A stretch of 32,933 nucleotides of DNA from Azolla caroliniana (GCA_043228905.1 JBHGNT010000343.1:1-32933), one strand, 5' to 3'. Counted from the stretch's first letter, positions 1 through 10,838 are shown. Made by a program: numbers and translations. Notes: a model not told the origin generated them from the letters alone.

Positions 1-173
1 ACCTATTAAACATCATCATCCTCGTAAATGAATGCATCCATTAAGCCAAAACAGCGGATACAAGATCCGCGCATTTTCTAGACGGTCGAGACGGATGCGC
101 ATTATGACTCCGTGAATGATCCTTGGTCGTCGTGTTCTTGATGTCGACGTACACTAGGGTCACGATTCTAAAC

Positions 174-246
174 CGATCCTACTAGGGGTCGAACCTAGAA
201 TCTTTGGTTTCGAAGACCAACGCCTTATCCATTAGGCCATAGGATC
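174..246 (-). tRNA. tRNA-Arg(TCG), copy 1
   Basis: Reverse complement GATCCTA TG GCCT AATGGATA AGGC G TTGGT CT TCG AA ACCAA AGATT CTAGG TTCGACC CCTAG TAGGATC G. Full cloverleaf, A box TGGCCTAATGG, B box GGTTCGACCCC, A20, G73, no CCA. Confidence 0.97.
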
Positions 247-1009
247 TTCGACCATTCATCGAAACGTGAAAGGAATGAAGATCTCGCACGTGATCGGATA
301 GGATCTCTCATTTCTCATCATATTTCTTGATCATCGTATTTTTCATGGGATCTCTTGTCACTTACCTTACCATTCTATTACTCGCCACATTACGGAGATG
401 CGCTTAAATGGGTTTATCGGATAAAGGTATGCGGTGTGACGCATGCAATGCAATCCATAGAAAAGCATGCATGAACCATACAAATGACCTTCGAGAAGAG
501 TTTTCGTCTCAAACTGTCAATCTCCGATGTGTAGATACCGTTCTCGTCTCATGATACCGGCCGCTAGGTTCTTCCACTCGTACGTAAATTTGCATCGTTG
601 AATCTCGAATACGCGCATTCTACTCTAACCAAATGAAGAGTATCGCGCATGCGACGTCTTAGCGGTGGCCTTCGTGTAGATTGTTTCTAAATTTCAAACG
701 ACGTCATCCTTGTTGAGGACCACGTCCAAATACACATCATACAACGACTGGGCGTCATCACATTCTTGCGTCTACTCGCTTGTATTCAAACCAGGCCAGA
801 CAGGAGCACGGCGAGCGTAAGCAAGAAAGGCATTGTTCATATGTTCCCTCGAGCGAATGCGCATCAGAAATATGTGAACGGCATCGTCGTGATCGATGAT
901 TACGTTCAAATACGCGATGTTATCCCTTCCCCAAGGGATCCACGCATGTATTGATTGCGCAACAGTCTCGTTGTATTCCGATTCTCGAGAAGCGGAACCT
1001 AATCCTAAT

Positions 1010-1082
1010 CGATCCTACCAGGGATCGAACCTAGAATCTCTGGTTTCGTAGACCAGCGCCTTATCCATTGGGCCATAGGATC
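1010..1082 (-). tRNA. tRNA-Arg(ACG), copy 1
   Basis: Reverse complement GATCCTA TG GCCC AATGGATA AGGC G CTGGT CT ACG AA ACCAG AGATT CTAGG TTCGATC CCTGG TAGGATC G. Full cloverleaf, A and B boxes, A34 (expected I34), G73, no CCA. Confidence 0.97.
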
Positions 1083-1358
1083 TTCGGTTTTCCATTGGAA
1101 AATGTACTTCCATTGAGGATCGCGATGGACATGCGATGCACTTTTGATGAGGAATTTGTGCCGGATAAACCGTTCCATTTCTTTTACCTATTAAACATCA
1201 TCATCCTCGTAAATGAATGCATCCATTAAGCCAAAACAGCGGATACAAGATCCGCGCATTTTCTAGACGGTCGAGACGGATGCGCATTATGACTCCGTGA
1301 ATGATCCTTGGTCGTCGTGTTCTTGATGTCGACGTACACTAGGGTCACGATTCTAAAC

Positions 1359-1431
1359 CGATCCTACTAGGGGTCGAACCTAGAATCTTTGGTTTCGAAG
1401 ACCAACGCCTTATCCATTAGGCCATAGGATC
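1359..1431 (-). tRNA. tRNA-Arg(TCG)
   Basis: Same as 174-246 (+1185). Confidence 0.96.
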
Positions 1432-1635
1432 TTCGACCATTCATCGAAACGTGAAAGGAATGAAGATCTCGCACGTGATCGGATAGGATCTCTCATTTCT
1501 CATCATATTTCTTGATCATCGTATTTTTCATGGGATCTCTTGTCACTTACCTTACCATTCTATTACTCGCCACATTACGGAGATGCGCTTAAATGGGTTT
1601 ATCGGATAAAGGTATGCGGTGTGACGCATGCAATG

Positions 1636-1661
1636 AGCAGTGGTATCAACGCAGAGGTACT
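1636..1661 (+). other. Library adapter contamination (SMART / PacBio ultra-low-input amplification adapter)
   Basis: agcagtggtatcaacgcagaggtact matches AAGCAGTGGTATCAACGCAGAGTACT, lacking the first A and with one extra G. It replaces the 26 consensus nt caatccatagaaaagcatgcatgaac in copy 2 only. Confidence 0.95.
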
Positions 1662-2194
1662 CATACAAATGACCTTCGAGAAGAGTTTTCGTCTCAAACT
1701 GTCAATCTCCGATGTGTAGATACCGTTCTCGTCTCATGATACCGGCCGCTAGGTTCTTCCACTCGTACGTAAATTTGCATCGTTGAATCTCGAATACGCG
1801 CATTCTACTCTAACCAAATGAAGAGTATCGCGCATGCGACGTCTTAGCGGTGGCCTTCGTGTAGATTGTTTCTAAATTTCAAACGACGTCATCCTTGTTG
1901 AGGACCACGTCCAAATACACATCATACAACGACTGGGCGTCATCACATTCTTGCGTCTACTCGCTTGTATTCAAACCAGGCCAGACAGGAGCACGGCGAG
2001 CGTAAGCAAGAAAGGCATTGTTCATATGTTCCCTCGAGCGAATGCGCATCAGAAATATGTGAACGGCATCGTCGTGATCGATGATTACGTTCAAATACGC
2101 GATGTTATCCCTTCCCCAAGGGATCCACGCATGTATTGATTGCGCAACAGTCTCGTTGTATTCCGATTCTCGAGAAGCGGAACCTAATCCTAAT

Positions 2195-2267
2195 CGATCC
2201 TACCAGGGATCGAACCTAGAATCTCTGGTTTCGTAGACCAGCGCCTTATCCATTGGGCCATAGGATC
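2195..2267 (-). tRNA. tRNA-Arg(ACG)
   Basis: Same as 1010-1082. Confidence 0.96.
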
Positions 2268-2543
2268 TTCGGTTTTCCATTGGAAAATGTACTTCCATTG
2301 AGGATCGCGATGGACATGCGATGCACTTTTGATGAGGAATTTGTGCCGGATAAACCGTTCCATTTCTTTTACCTATTAAACATCATCATCCTCGTAAATG
2401 AATGCATCCATTAAGCCAAAACAGCGGATACAAGATCCGCGCATTTTCTAGACGGTCGAGACGGATGCGCATTATGACTCCGTGAATGATCCTTGGTCGT
2501 CGTGTTCTTGATGTCGACGTACACTAGGGTCACGATTCTAAAC

Positions 2544-2616
2544 CGATCCTACTAGGGGTCGAACCTAGAATCTTTGGTTTCGAAGACCAACGCCTTATCC
2601 ATTAGGCCATAGGATC
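2544..2616 (-). tRNA. tRNA-Arg(TCG)
   Basis: Same as 174-246. Confidence 0.96.
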
Positions 2617-3379
2617 TTCGACCATTCATCGAAACGTGAAAGGAATGAAGATCTCGCACGTGATCGGATAGGATCTCTCATTTCTCATCATATTTCTTGA
2701 TCATCGTATTTTTCATGGGATCTCTTGTCACTTACCTTACCATTCTATTACTCGCCACATTACGGAGATGCGCTTAAATGGGTTTATCGGATAAAGGTAT
2801 GCGGTGTGACGCATGCAATGCAATCCATAGAAAAGCATGCATGAACCATACAAATGACCTTCGAGAAGAGTTTTCGTCTCAAACTGTCAATCTCCGATGT
2901 GTAGATACCGTTCTCGTCTCATGATACCGGCCGCTAGGTTCTTCCACTCGTACGTAAATTTGCATCGTTGAATCTCGAATACGCGCATTCTACTCTAACC
3001 AAATGAAGAGTATCGCGCATGCGACGTCTTAGCGGTGGCCTTCGTGTAGATTGTTTCTAAATTTCAAACGACGTCATCCTTGTTGAGGACCACGTCCAAA
3101 TACACATCATACAACGACTGGGCGTCATCACATTCTTGCGTCTACTCGCTTGTATTCAAACCAGGCCAGACAGGAGCACGGCGAGCGTAAGCAAGAAAGG
3201 CATTGTTCATATGTTCCCTCGAGCGAATGCGCATCAGAAATATGTGAACGGCATCGTCGTGATCGATGATTACGTTCAAATACGCGATGTTATCCCTTCC
3301 CCAAGGGATCCACGCATGTATTGATTGCGCAACAGTCTCGTTGTATTCCGATTCTCGAGAAGCGGAACCTAATCCTAAT

Positions 3380-3452
3380 CGATCCTACCAGGGATCGAAC
3401 CTAGAATCTCTGGTTTCGTAGACCAGCGCCTTATCCATTGGGCCATAGGATC
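3380..3452 (-). tRNA. tRNA-Arg(ACG)
   Basis: Same as 1010-1082. Confidence 0.96.
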
Positions 3453-3728
3453 TTCGGTTTTCCATTGGAAAATGTACTTCCATTGAGGATCGCGATGGAC
3501 ATGCGATGCACTTTTGATGAGGAATTTGTGCCGGATAAACCGTTCCATTTCTTTTACCTATTAAACATCATCATCCTCGTAAATGAATGCATCCATTAAG
3601 CCAAAACAGCGGATACAAGATCCGCGCATTTTCTAGACGGTCGAGACGGATGCGCATTATGACTCCGTGAATGATCCTTGGTCGTCGTGTTCTTGATGTC
3701 GACGTACACTAGGGTCACGATTCTAAAC

Positions 3729-3801
3729 CGATCCTACTAGGGGTCGAACCTAGAATCTTTGGTTTCGAAGACCAACGCCTTATCCATTAGGCCATAGGAT
3801 C
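3729..3801 (-). tRNA. tRNA-Arg(TCG)
   Basis: Same as 174-246. Confidence 0.96.
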
Positions 3802-4564
3802 TTCGACCATTCATCGAAACGTGAAAGGAATGAAGATCTCGCACGTGATCGGATAGGATCTCTCATTTCTCATCATATTTCTTGATCATCGTATTTTTCA
3901 TGGGATCTCTTGTCACTTACCTTACCATTCTATTACTCGCCACATTACGGAGATGCGCTTAAATGGGTTTATCGGATAAAGGTATGCGGTGTGACGCATG
4001 CAATGCAATCCATAGAAAAGCATGCATGAACCATACAAATGACCTTCGAGAAGAGTTTTCGTCTCAAACTGTCAATCTCCGATGTGTAGATACCGTTCTC
4101 GTCTCATGATACCGGCCGCTAGGTTCTTCCACTCGTACGTAAATTTGCATCGTTGAATCTCGAATACGCGCATTCTACTCTAACCAAATGAAGAGTATCG
4201 CGCATGCGACGTCTTAGCGGTGGCCTTCGTGTAGATTGTTTCTAAATTTCAAACGACGTCATCCTTGTTGAGGACCACGTCCAAATACACATCATACAAC
4301 GACTGGGCGTCATCACATTCTTGCGTCTACTCGCTTGTATTCAAACCAGGCCAGACAGGAGCACGGCGAGCGTAAGCAAGAAAGGCATTGTTCATATGTT
4401 CCCTCGAGCGAATGCGCATCAGAAATATGTGAACGGCATCGTCGTGATCGATGATTACGTTCAAATACGCGATGTTATCCCTTCCCCAAGGGATCCACGC
4501 ATGTATTGATTGCGCAACAGTCTCGTTGTATTCCGATTCTCGAGAAGCGGAACCTAATCCTAAT

Positions 4565-4637
4565 CGATCCTACCAGGGATCGAACCTAGAATCTCTGGTT
4601 TCGTAGACCAGCGCCTTATCCATTGGGCCATAGGATC
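4565..4637 (-). tRNA. tRNA-Arg(ACG)
   Basis: Same as 1010-1082. Confidence 0.96.
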
Positions 4638-4913
4638 TTCGGTTTTCCATTGGAAAATGTACTTCCATTGAGGATCGCGATGGACATGCGATGCACTTTT
4701 GATGAGGAATTTGTGCCGGATAAACCGTTCCATTTCTTTTACCTATTAAACATCATCATCCTCGTAAATGAATGCATCCATTAAGCCAAAACAGCGGATA
4801 CAAGATCCGCGCATTTTCTAGACGGTCGAGACGGATGCGCATTATGACTCCGTGAATGATCCTTGGTCGTCGTGTTCTTGATGTCGACGTACACTAGGGT
4901 CACGATTCTAAAC

Positions 4914-4986
4914 CGATCCTACTAGGGGTCGAACCTAGAATCTTTGGTTTCGAAGACCAACGCCTTATCCATTAGGCCATAGGATC
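4914..4986 (-). tRNA. tRNA-Arg(TCG)
   Basis: Same as 174-246. Confidence 0.96.
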
Positions 4987-5749
4987 TTCGACCATTCATC
5001 GAAACGTGAAAGGAATGAAGATCTCGCACGTGATCGGATAGGATCTCTCATTTCTCATCATATTTCTTGATCATCGTATTTTTCATGGGATCTCTTGTCA
5101 CTTACCTTACCATTCTATTACTCGCCACATTACGGAGATGCGCTTAAATGGGTTTATCGGATAAAGGTATGCGGTGTGACGCATGCAATGCAATCCATAG
5201 AAAAGCATGCATGAACCATACAAATGACCTTCGAGAAGAGTTTTCGTCTCAAACTGTCAATCTCCGATGTGTAGATACCGTTCTCGTCTCATGATACCGG
5301 CCGCTAGGTTCTTCCACTCGTACGTAAATTTGCATCGTTGAATCTCGAATACGCGCATTCTACTCTAACCAAATGAAGAGTATCGCGCATGCGACGTCTT
5401 AGCGGTGGCCTTCGTGTAGATTGTTTCTAAATTTCAAACGACGTCATCCTTGTTGAGGACCACGTCCAAATACACATCATACAACGACTGGGCGTCATCA
5501 CATTCTTGCGTCTACTCGCTTGTATTCAAACCAGGCCAGACAGGAGCACGGCGAGCGTAAGCAAGAAAGGCATTGTTCATATGTTCCCTCGAGCGAATGC
5601 GCATCAGAAATATGTGAACGGCATCGTCGTGATCGATGATTACGTTCAAATACGCGATGTTATCCCTTCCCCAAGGGATCCACGCATGTATTGATTGCGC
5701 AACAGTCTCGTTGTATTCCGATTCTCGAGAAGCGGAACCTAATCCTAAT

Positions 5750-5822
5750 CGATCCTACCAGGGATCGAACCTAGAATCTCTGGTTTCGTAGACCAGCGCC
5801 TTATCCATTGGGCCATAGGATC
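5750..5822 (-). tRNA. tRNA-Arg(ACG)
   Basis: Same as 1010-1082. Confidence 0.96.
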
Positions 5823-6098
5823 TTCGGTTTTCCATTGGAAAATGTACTTCCATTGAGGATCGCGATGGACATGCGATGCACTTTTGATGAGGAATTTGTG
5901 CCGGATAAACCGTTCCATTTCTTTTACCTATTAAACATCATCATCCTCGTAAATGAATGCATCCATTAAGCCAAAACAGCGGATACAAGATCCGCGCATT
6001 TTCTAGACGGTCGAGACGGATGCGCATTATGACTCCGTGAATGATCCTTGGTCGTCGTGTTCTTGATGTCGACGTACACTAGGGTCACGATTCTAAAC

Positions 6099-6171
6099 CG
6101 ATCCTACTAGGGGTCGAACCTAGAATCTTTGGTTTCGAAGACCAACGCCTTATCCATTAGGCCATAGGATC
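6099..6171 (-). tRNA. tRNA-Arg(TCG)
   Basis: Same as 174-246. Confidence 0.96.
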
Positions 6172-6934
6172 TTCGACCATTCATCGAAACGTGAAAGGAA
6201 TGAAGATCTCGCACGTGATCGGATAGGATCTCTCATTTCTCATCATATTTCTTGATCATCGTATTTTTCATGGGATCTCTTGTCACTTACCTTACCATTC
6301 TATTACTCGCCACATTACGGAGATGCGCTTAAATGGGTTTATCGGATAAAGGTATGCGGTGTGACGCATGCAATGCAATCCATAGAAAAGCATGCATGAA
6401 CCATACAAATGACCTTCGAGAAGAGTTTTCGTCTCAAACTGTCAATCTCCGATGTGTAGATACCGTTCTCGTCTCATGATACCGGCCGCTAGGTTCTTCC
6501 ACTCGTACGTAAATTTGCATCGTTGAATCTCGAATACGCGCATTCTACTCTAACCAAATGAAGAGTATCGCGCATGCGACGTCTTAGCGGTGGCCTTCGT
6601 GTAGATTGTTTCTAAATTTCAAACGACGTCATCCTTGTTGAGGACCACGTCCAAATACACATCATACAACGACTGGGCGTCATCACATTCTTGCGTCTAC
6701 TCGCTTGTATTCAAACCAGGCCAGACAGGAGCACGGCGAGCGTAAGCAAGAAAGGCATTGTTCATATGTTCCCTCGAGCGAATGCGCATCAGAAATATGT
6801 GAACGGCATCGTCGTGATCGATGATTACGTTCAAATACGCGATGTTATCCCTTCCCCAAGGGATCCACGCATGTATTGATTGCGCAACAGTCTCGTTGTA
6901 TTCCGATTCTCGAGAAGCGGAACCTAATCCTAAT

Positions 6935-7007
6935 CGATCCTACCAGGGATCGAACCTAGAATCTCTGGTTTCGTAGACCAGCGCCTTATCCATTGGGCCA
7001 TAGGATC
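6935..7007 (-). tRNA. tRNA-Arg(ACG)
   Basis: Same as 1010-1082. Confidence 0.96.
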
Positions 7008-7283
7008 TTCGGTTTTCCATTGGAAAATGTACTTCCATTGAGGATCGCGATGGACATGCGATGCACTTTTGATGAGGAATTTGTGCCGGATAAACCGTTC
7101 CATTTCTTTTACCTATTAAACATCATCATCCTCGTAAATGAATGCATCCATTAAGCCAAAACAGCGGATACAAGATCCGCGCATTTTCTAGACGGTCGAG
7201 ACGGATGCGCATTATGACTCCGTGAATGATCCTTGGTCGTCGTGTTCTTGATGTCGACGTACACTAGGGTCACGATTCTAAAC

Positions 7284-7356
7284 CGATCCTACTAGGGGTC
7301 GAACCTAGAATCTTTGGTTTCGAAGACCAACGCCTTATCCATTAGGCCATAGGATC
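7284..7356 (-). tRNA. tRNA-Arg(TCG)
   Basis: Same as 174-246. Confidence 0.96.
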
Positions 7357-8119
7357 TTCGACCATTCATCGAAACGTGAAAGGAATGAAGATCTCGCACG
7401 TGATCGGATAGGATCTCTCATTTCTCATCATATTTCTTGATCATCGTATTTTTCATGGGATCTCTTGTCACTTACCTTACCATTCTATTACTCGCCACAT
7501 TACGGAGATGCGCTTAAATGGGTTTATCGGATAAAGGTATGCGGTGTGACGCATGCAATGCAATCCATAGAAAAGCATGCATGAACCATACAAATGACCT
7601 TCGAGAAGAGTTTTCGTCTCAAACTGTCAATCTCCGATGTGTAGATACCGTTCTCGTCTCATGATACCGGCCGCTAGGTTCTTCCACTCGTACGTAAATT
7701 TGCATCGTTGAATCTCGAATACGCGCATTCTACTCTAACCAAATGAAGAGTATCGCGCATGCGACGTCTTAGCGGTGGCCTTCGTGTAGATTGTTTCTAA
7801 ATTTCAAACGACGTCATCCTTGTTGAGGACCACGTCCAAATACACATCATACAACGACTGGGCGTCATCACATTCTTGCGTCTACTCGCTTGTATTCAAA
7901 CCAGGCCAGACAGGAGCACGGCGAGCGTAAGCAAGAAAGGCATTGTTCATATGTTCCCTCGAGCGAATGCGCATCAGAAATATGTGAACGGCATCGTCGT
8001 GATCGATGATTACGTTCAAATACGCGATGTTATCCCTTCCCCAAGGGATCCACGCATGTATTGATTGCGCAACAGTCTCGTTGTATTCCGATTCTCGAGA
8101 AGCGGAACCTAATCCTAAT

Positions 8120-8192
8120 CGATCCTACCAGGGATCGAACCTAGAATCTCTGGTTTCGTAGACCAGCGCCTTATCCATTGGGCCATAGGATC
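8120..8192 (-). tRNA. tRNA-Arg(ACG)
   Basis: Same as 1010-1082. Confidence 0.96.
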
Positions 8193-8468
8193 TTCGGTTT
8201 TCCATTGGAAAATGTACTTCCATTGAGGATCGCGATGGACATGCGATGCACTTTTGATGAGGAATTTGTGCCGGATAAACCGTTCCATTTCTTTTACCTA
8301 TTAAACATCATCATCCTCGTAAATGAATGCATCCATTAAGCCAAAACAGCGGATACAAGATCCGCGCATTTTCTAGACGGTCGAGACGGATGCGCATTAT
8401 GACTCCGTGAATGATCCTTGGTCGTCGTGTTCTTGATGTCGACGTACACTAGGGTCACGATTCTAAAC

Positions 8469-8541
8469 CGATCCTACTAGGGGTCGAACCTAGAATCTTT
8501 GGTTTCGAAGACCAACGCCTTATCCATTAGGCCATAGGATC
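8469..8541 (-). tRNA. tRNA-Arg(TCG)
   Basis: Same as 174-246. Confidence 0.96.
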
Positions 8542-9304
8542 TTCGACCATTCATCGAAACGTGAAAGGAATGAAGATCTCGCACGTGATCGGATAGGATC
8601 TCTCATTTCTCATCATATTTCTTGATCATCGTATTTTTCATGGGATCTCTTGTCACTTACCTTACCATTCTATTACTCGCCACATTACGGAGATGCGCTT
8701 AAATGGGTTTATCGGATAAAGGTATGCGGTGTGACGCATGCAATGCAATCCATAGAAAAGCATGCATGAACCATACAAATGACCTTCGAGAAGAGTTTTC
8801 GTCTCAAACTGTCAATCTCCGATGTGTAGATACCGTTCTCGTCTCATGATACCGGCCGCTAGGTTCTTCCACTCGTACGTAAATTTGCATCGTTGAATCT
8901 CGAATACGCGCATTCTACTCTAACCAAATGAAGAGTATCGCGCATGCGACGTCTTAGCGGTGGCCTTCGTGTAGATTGTTTCTAAATTTCAAACGACGTC
9001 ATCCTTGTTGAGGACCACGTCCAAATACACATCATACAACGACTGGGCGTCATCACATTCTTGCGTCTACTCGCTTGTATTCAAACCAGGCCAGACAGGA
9101 GCACGGCGAGCGTAAGCAAGAAAGGCATTGTTCATATGTTCCCTCGAGCGAATGCGCATCAGAAATATGTGAACGGCATCGTCGTGATCGATGATTACGT
9201 TCAAATACGCGATGTTATCCCTTCCCCAAGGGATCCACGCATGTATTGATTGCGCAACAGTCTCGTTGTATTCCGATTCTCGAGAAGCGGAACCTAATCC
9301 TAAT

Positions 9305-9377
9305 CGATCCTACCAGGGATCGAACCTAGAATCTCTGGTTTCGTAGACCAGCGCCTTATCCATTGGGCCATAGGATC
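9305..9377 (-). tRNA. tRNA-Arg(ACG)
   Basis: Same as 1010-1082. Confidence 0.96.
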
Positions 9378-9653
9378 TTCGGTTTTCCATTGGAAAATGT
9401 ACTTCCATTGAGGATCGCGATGGACATGCGATGCACTTTTGATGAGGAATTTGTGCCGGATAAACCGTTCCATTTCTTTTACCTATTAAACATCATCATC
9501 CTCGTAAATGAATGCATCCATTAAGCCAAAACAGCGGATACAAGATCCGCGCATTTTCTAGACGGTCGAGACGGATGCGCATTATGACTCCGTGAATGAT
9601 CCTTGGTCGTCGTGTTCTTGATGTCGACGTACACTAGGGTCACGATTCTAAAC

Positions 9654-9726
9654 CGATCCTACTAGGGGTCGAACCTAGAATCTTTGGTTTCGAAGACCAA
9701 CGCCTTATCCATTAGGCCATAGGATC
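9654..9726 (-). tRNA. tRNA-Arg(TCG)
   Basis: Same as 174-246. Confidence 0.96.
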
Positions 9727-10489
9727 TTCGACCATTCATCGAAACGTGAAAGGAATGAAGATCTCGCACGTGATCGGATAGGATCTCTCATTTCTCATCA
9801 TATTTCTTGATCATCGTATTTTTCATGGGATCTCTTGTCACTTACCTTACCATTCTATTACTCGCCACATTACGGAGATGCGCTTAAATGGGTTTATCGG
9901 ATAAAGGTATGCGGTGTGACGCATGCAATGCAATCCATAGAAAAGCATGCATGAACCATACAAATGACCTTCGAGAAGAGTTTTCGTCTCAAACTGTCAA
10001 TCTCCGATGTGTAGATACCGTTCTCGTCTCATGATACCGGCCGCTAGGTTCTTCCACTCGTACGTAAATTTGCATCGTTGAATCTCGAATACGCGCATTC
10101 TACTCTAACCAAATGAAGAGTATCGCGCATGCGACGTCTTAGCGGTGGCCTTCGTGTAGATTGTTTCTAAATTTCAAACGACGTCATCCTTGTTGAGGAC
10201 CACGTCCAAATACACATCATACAACGACTGGGCGTCATCACATTCTTGCGTCTACTCGCTTGTATTCAAACCAGGCCAGACAGGAGCACGGCGAGCGTAA
10301 GCAAGAAAGGCATTGTTCATATGTTCCCTCGAGCGAATGCGCATCAGAAATATGTGAACGACATCGTCGTGATCGATGATTACGTTCAAATACGCGATGT
10401 TATCCCTTCCCCAAGGGATCCACGCATGTATTGATTGCGCAACAGTCTCGTTGTATTCCGATTCTCGAGAAGCGGAACCTAATCCTAAT

Positions 10490-10562
10490 CGATCCTACCA
10501 GGGATCGAACCTAGAATCTCTGGTTTCGTAGACCAGCGCCTTATCCATTGGGCCATAGGATC
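10490..10562 (-). tRNA. tRNA-Arg(ACG)
   Basis: Same as 1010-1082. Confidence 0.96.
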
Positions 10563-10838
10563 TTCGGTTTTCCATTGGAAAATGTACTTCCATTGAGGAT
10601 CGCGATGGACATGCGATGCACTTTTGATGAGGAATTTGTGCCGGATAAACCGTTCCATTTCTTTTACCTATTAAACATCATCATCCTCGTAAATGAATGC
10701 ATCCATTAAGCCAAAACAGCGGATACAAGATCCGCGCATTTTCTAGACGGTCGAGACGGATGCGCATTATGACTCCGTGAATGATCCTTGGTCGTCGTGT
10801 TCTTGATGTCGACGTACACTAGGGTCACGATTCTAAAC

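Noticed and set aside
360-375. ACTTACCT (U1 5' end-like; splice donor AGGTAAGT on the minus strand), possible U1 or spliced-leader RNA
   Set aside because: No U1 loop I/II motifs and no Sm site at the right distance on either strand. The Sm-like AATTTGTG at 1153-1160 is about 790 nt away.
766-954. 62-aa plus-strand ORF repeated in every unit
   Set aside because: TTG start, short, no recognisable domain. It recurs only because the unit is repeated, and it lies in a tRNA spacer.
998-1009. (ATTAGG)2 as telomeric repeat
   Set aside because: Only two units, not TTAGGG or TTTAGGG, and it varies between copies.
247-1009. 5S rRNA or a third tRNA in the long spacer
   Set aside because: No 5S-conserved motifs and no further B box or cloverleaf found by eye on either strand.
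1145-1176. TGATGAG as C/D snoRNA box C or hammerhead core
   Set aside because: No downstream CTGA box D. The hammerhead CUGANGA...GAAA core is not completed.
1-1185. Many 6-bp palindromes (restriction-site-like), possible synthetic construct
   Set aside because: About 18 are expected by chance in 1185 bp, and more with CpG richness. No vector elements are seen.
174-1431. CRISPR-like repeat/spacer pattern
   Set aside because: The repeats are 73-nt tRNAs, spacers are long and identical between units, and no cas genes are present.
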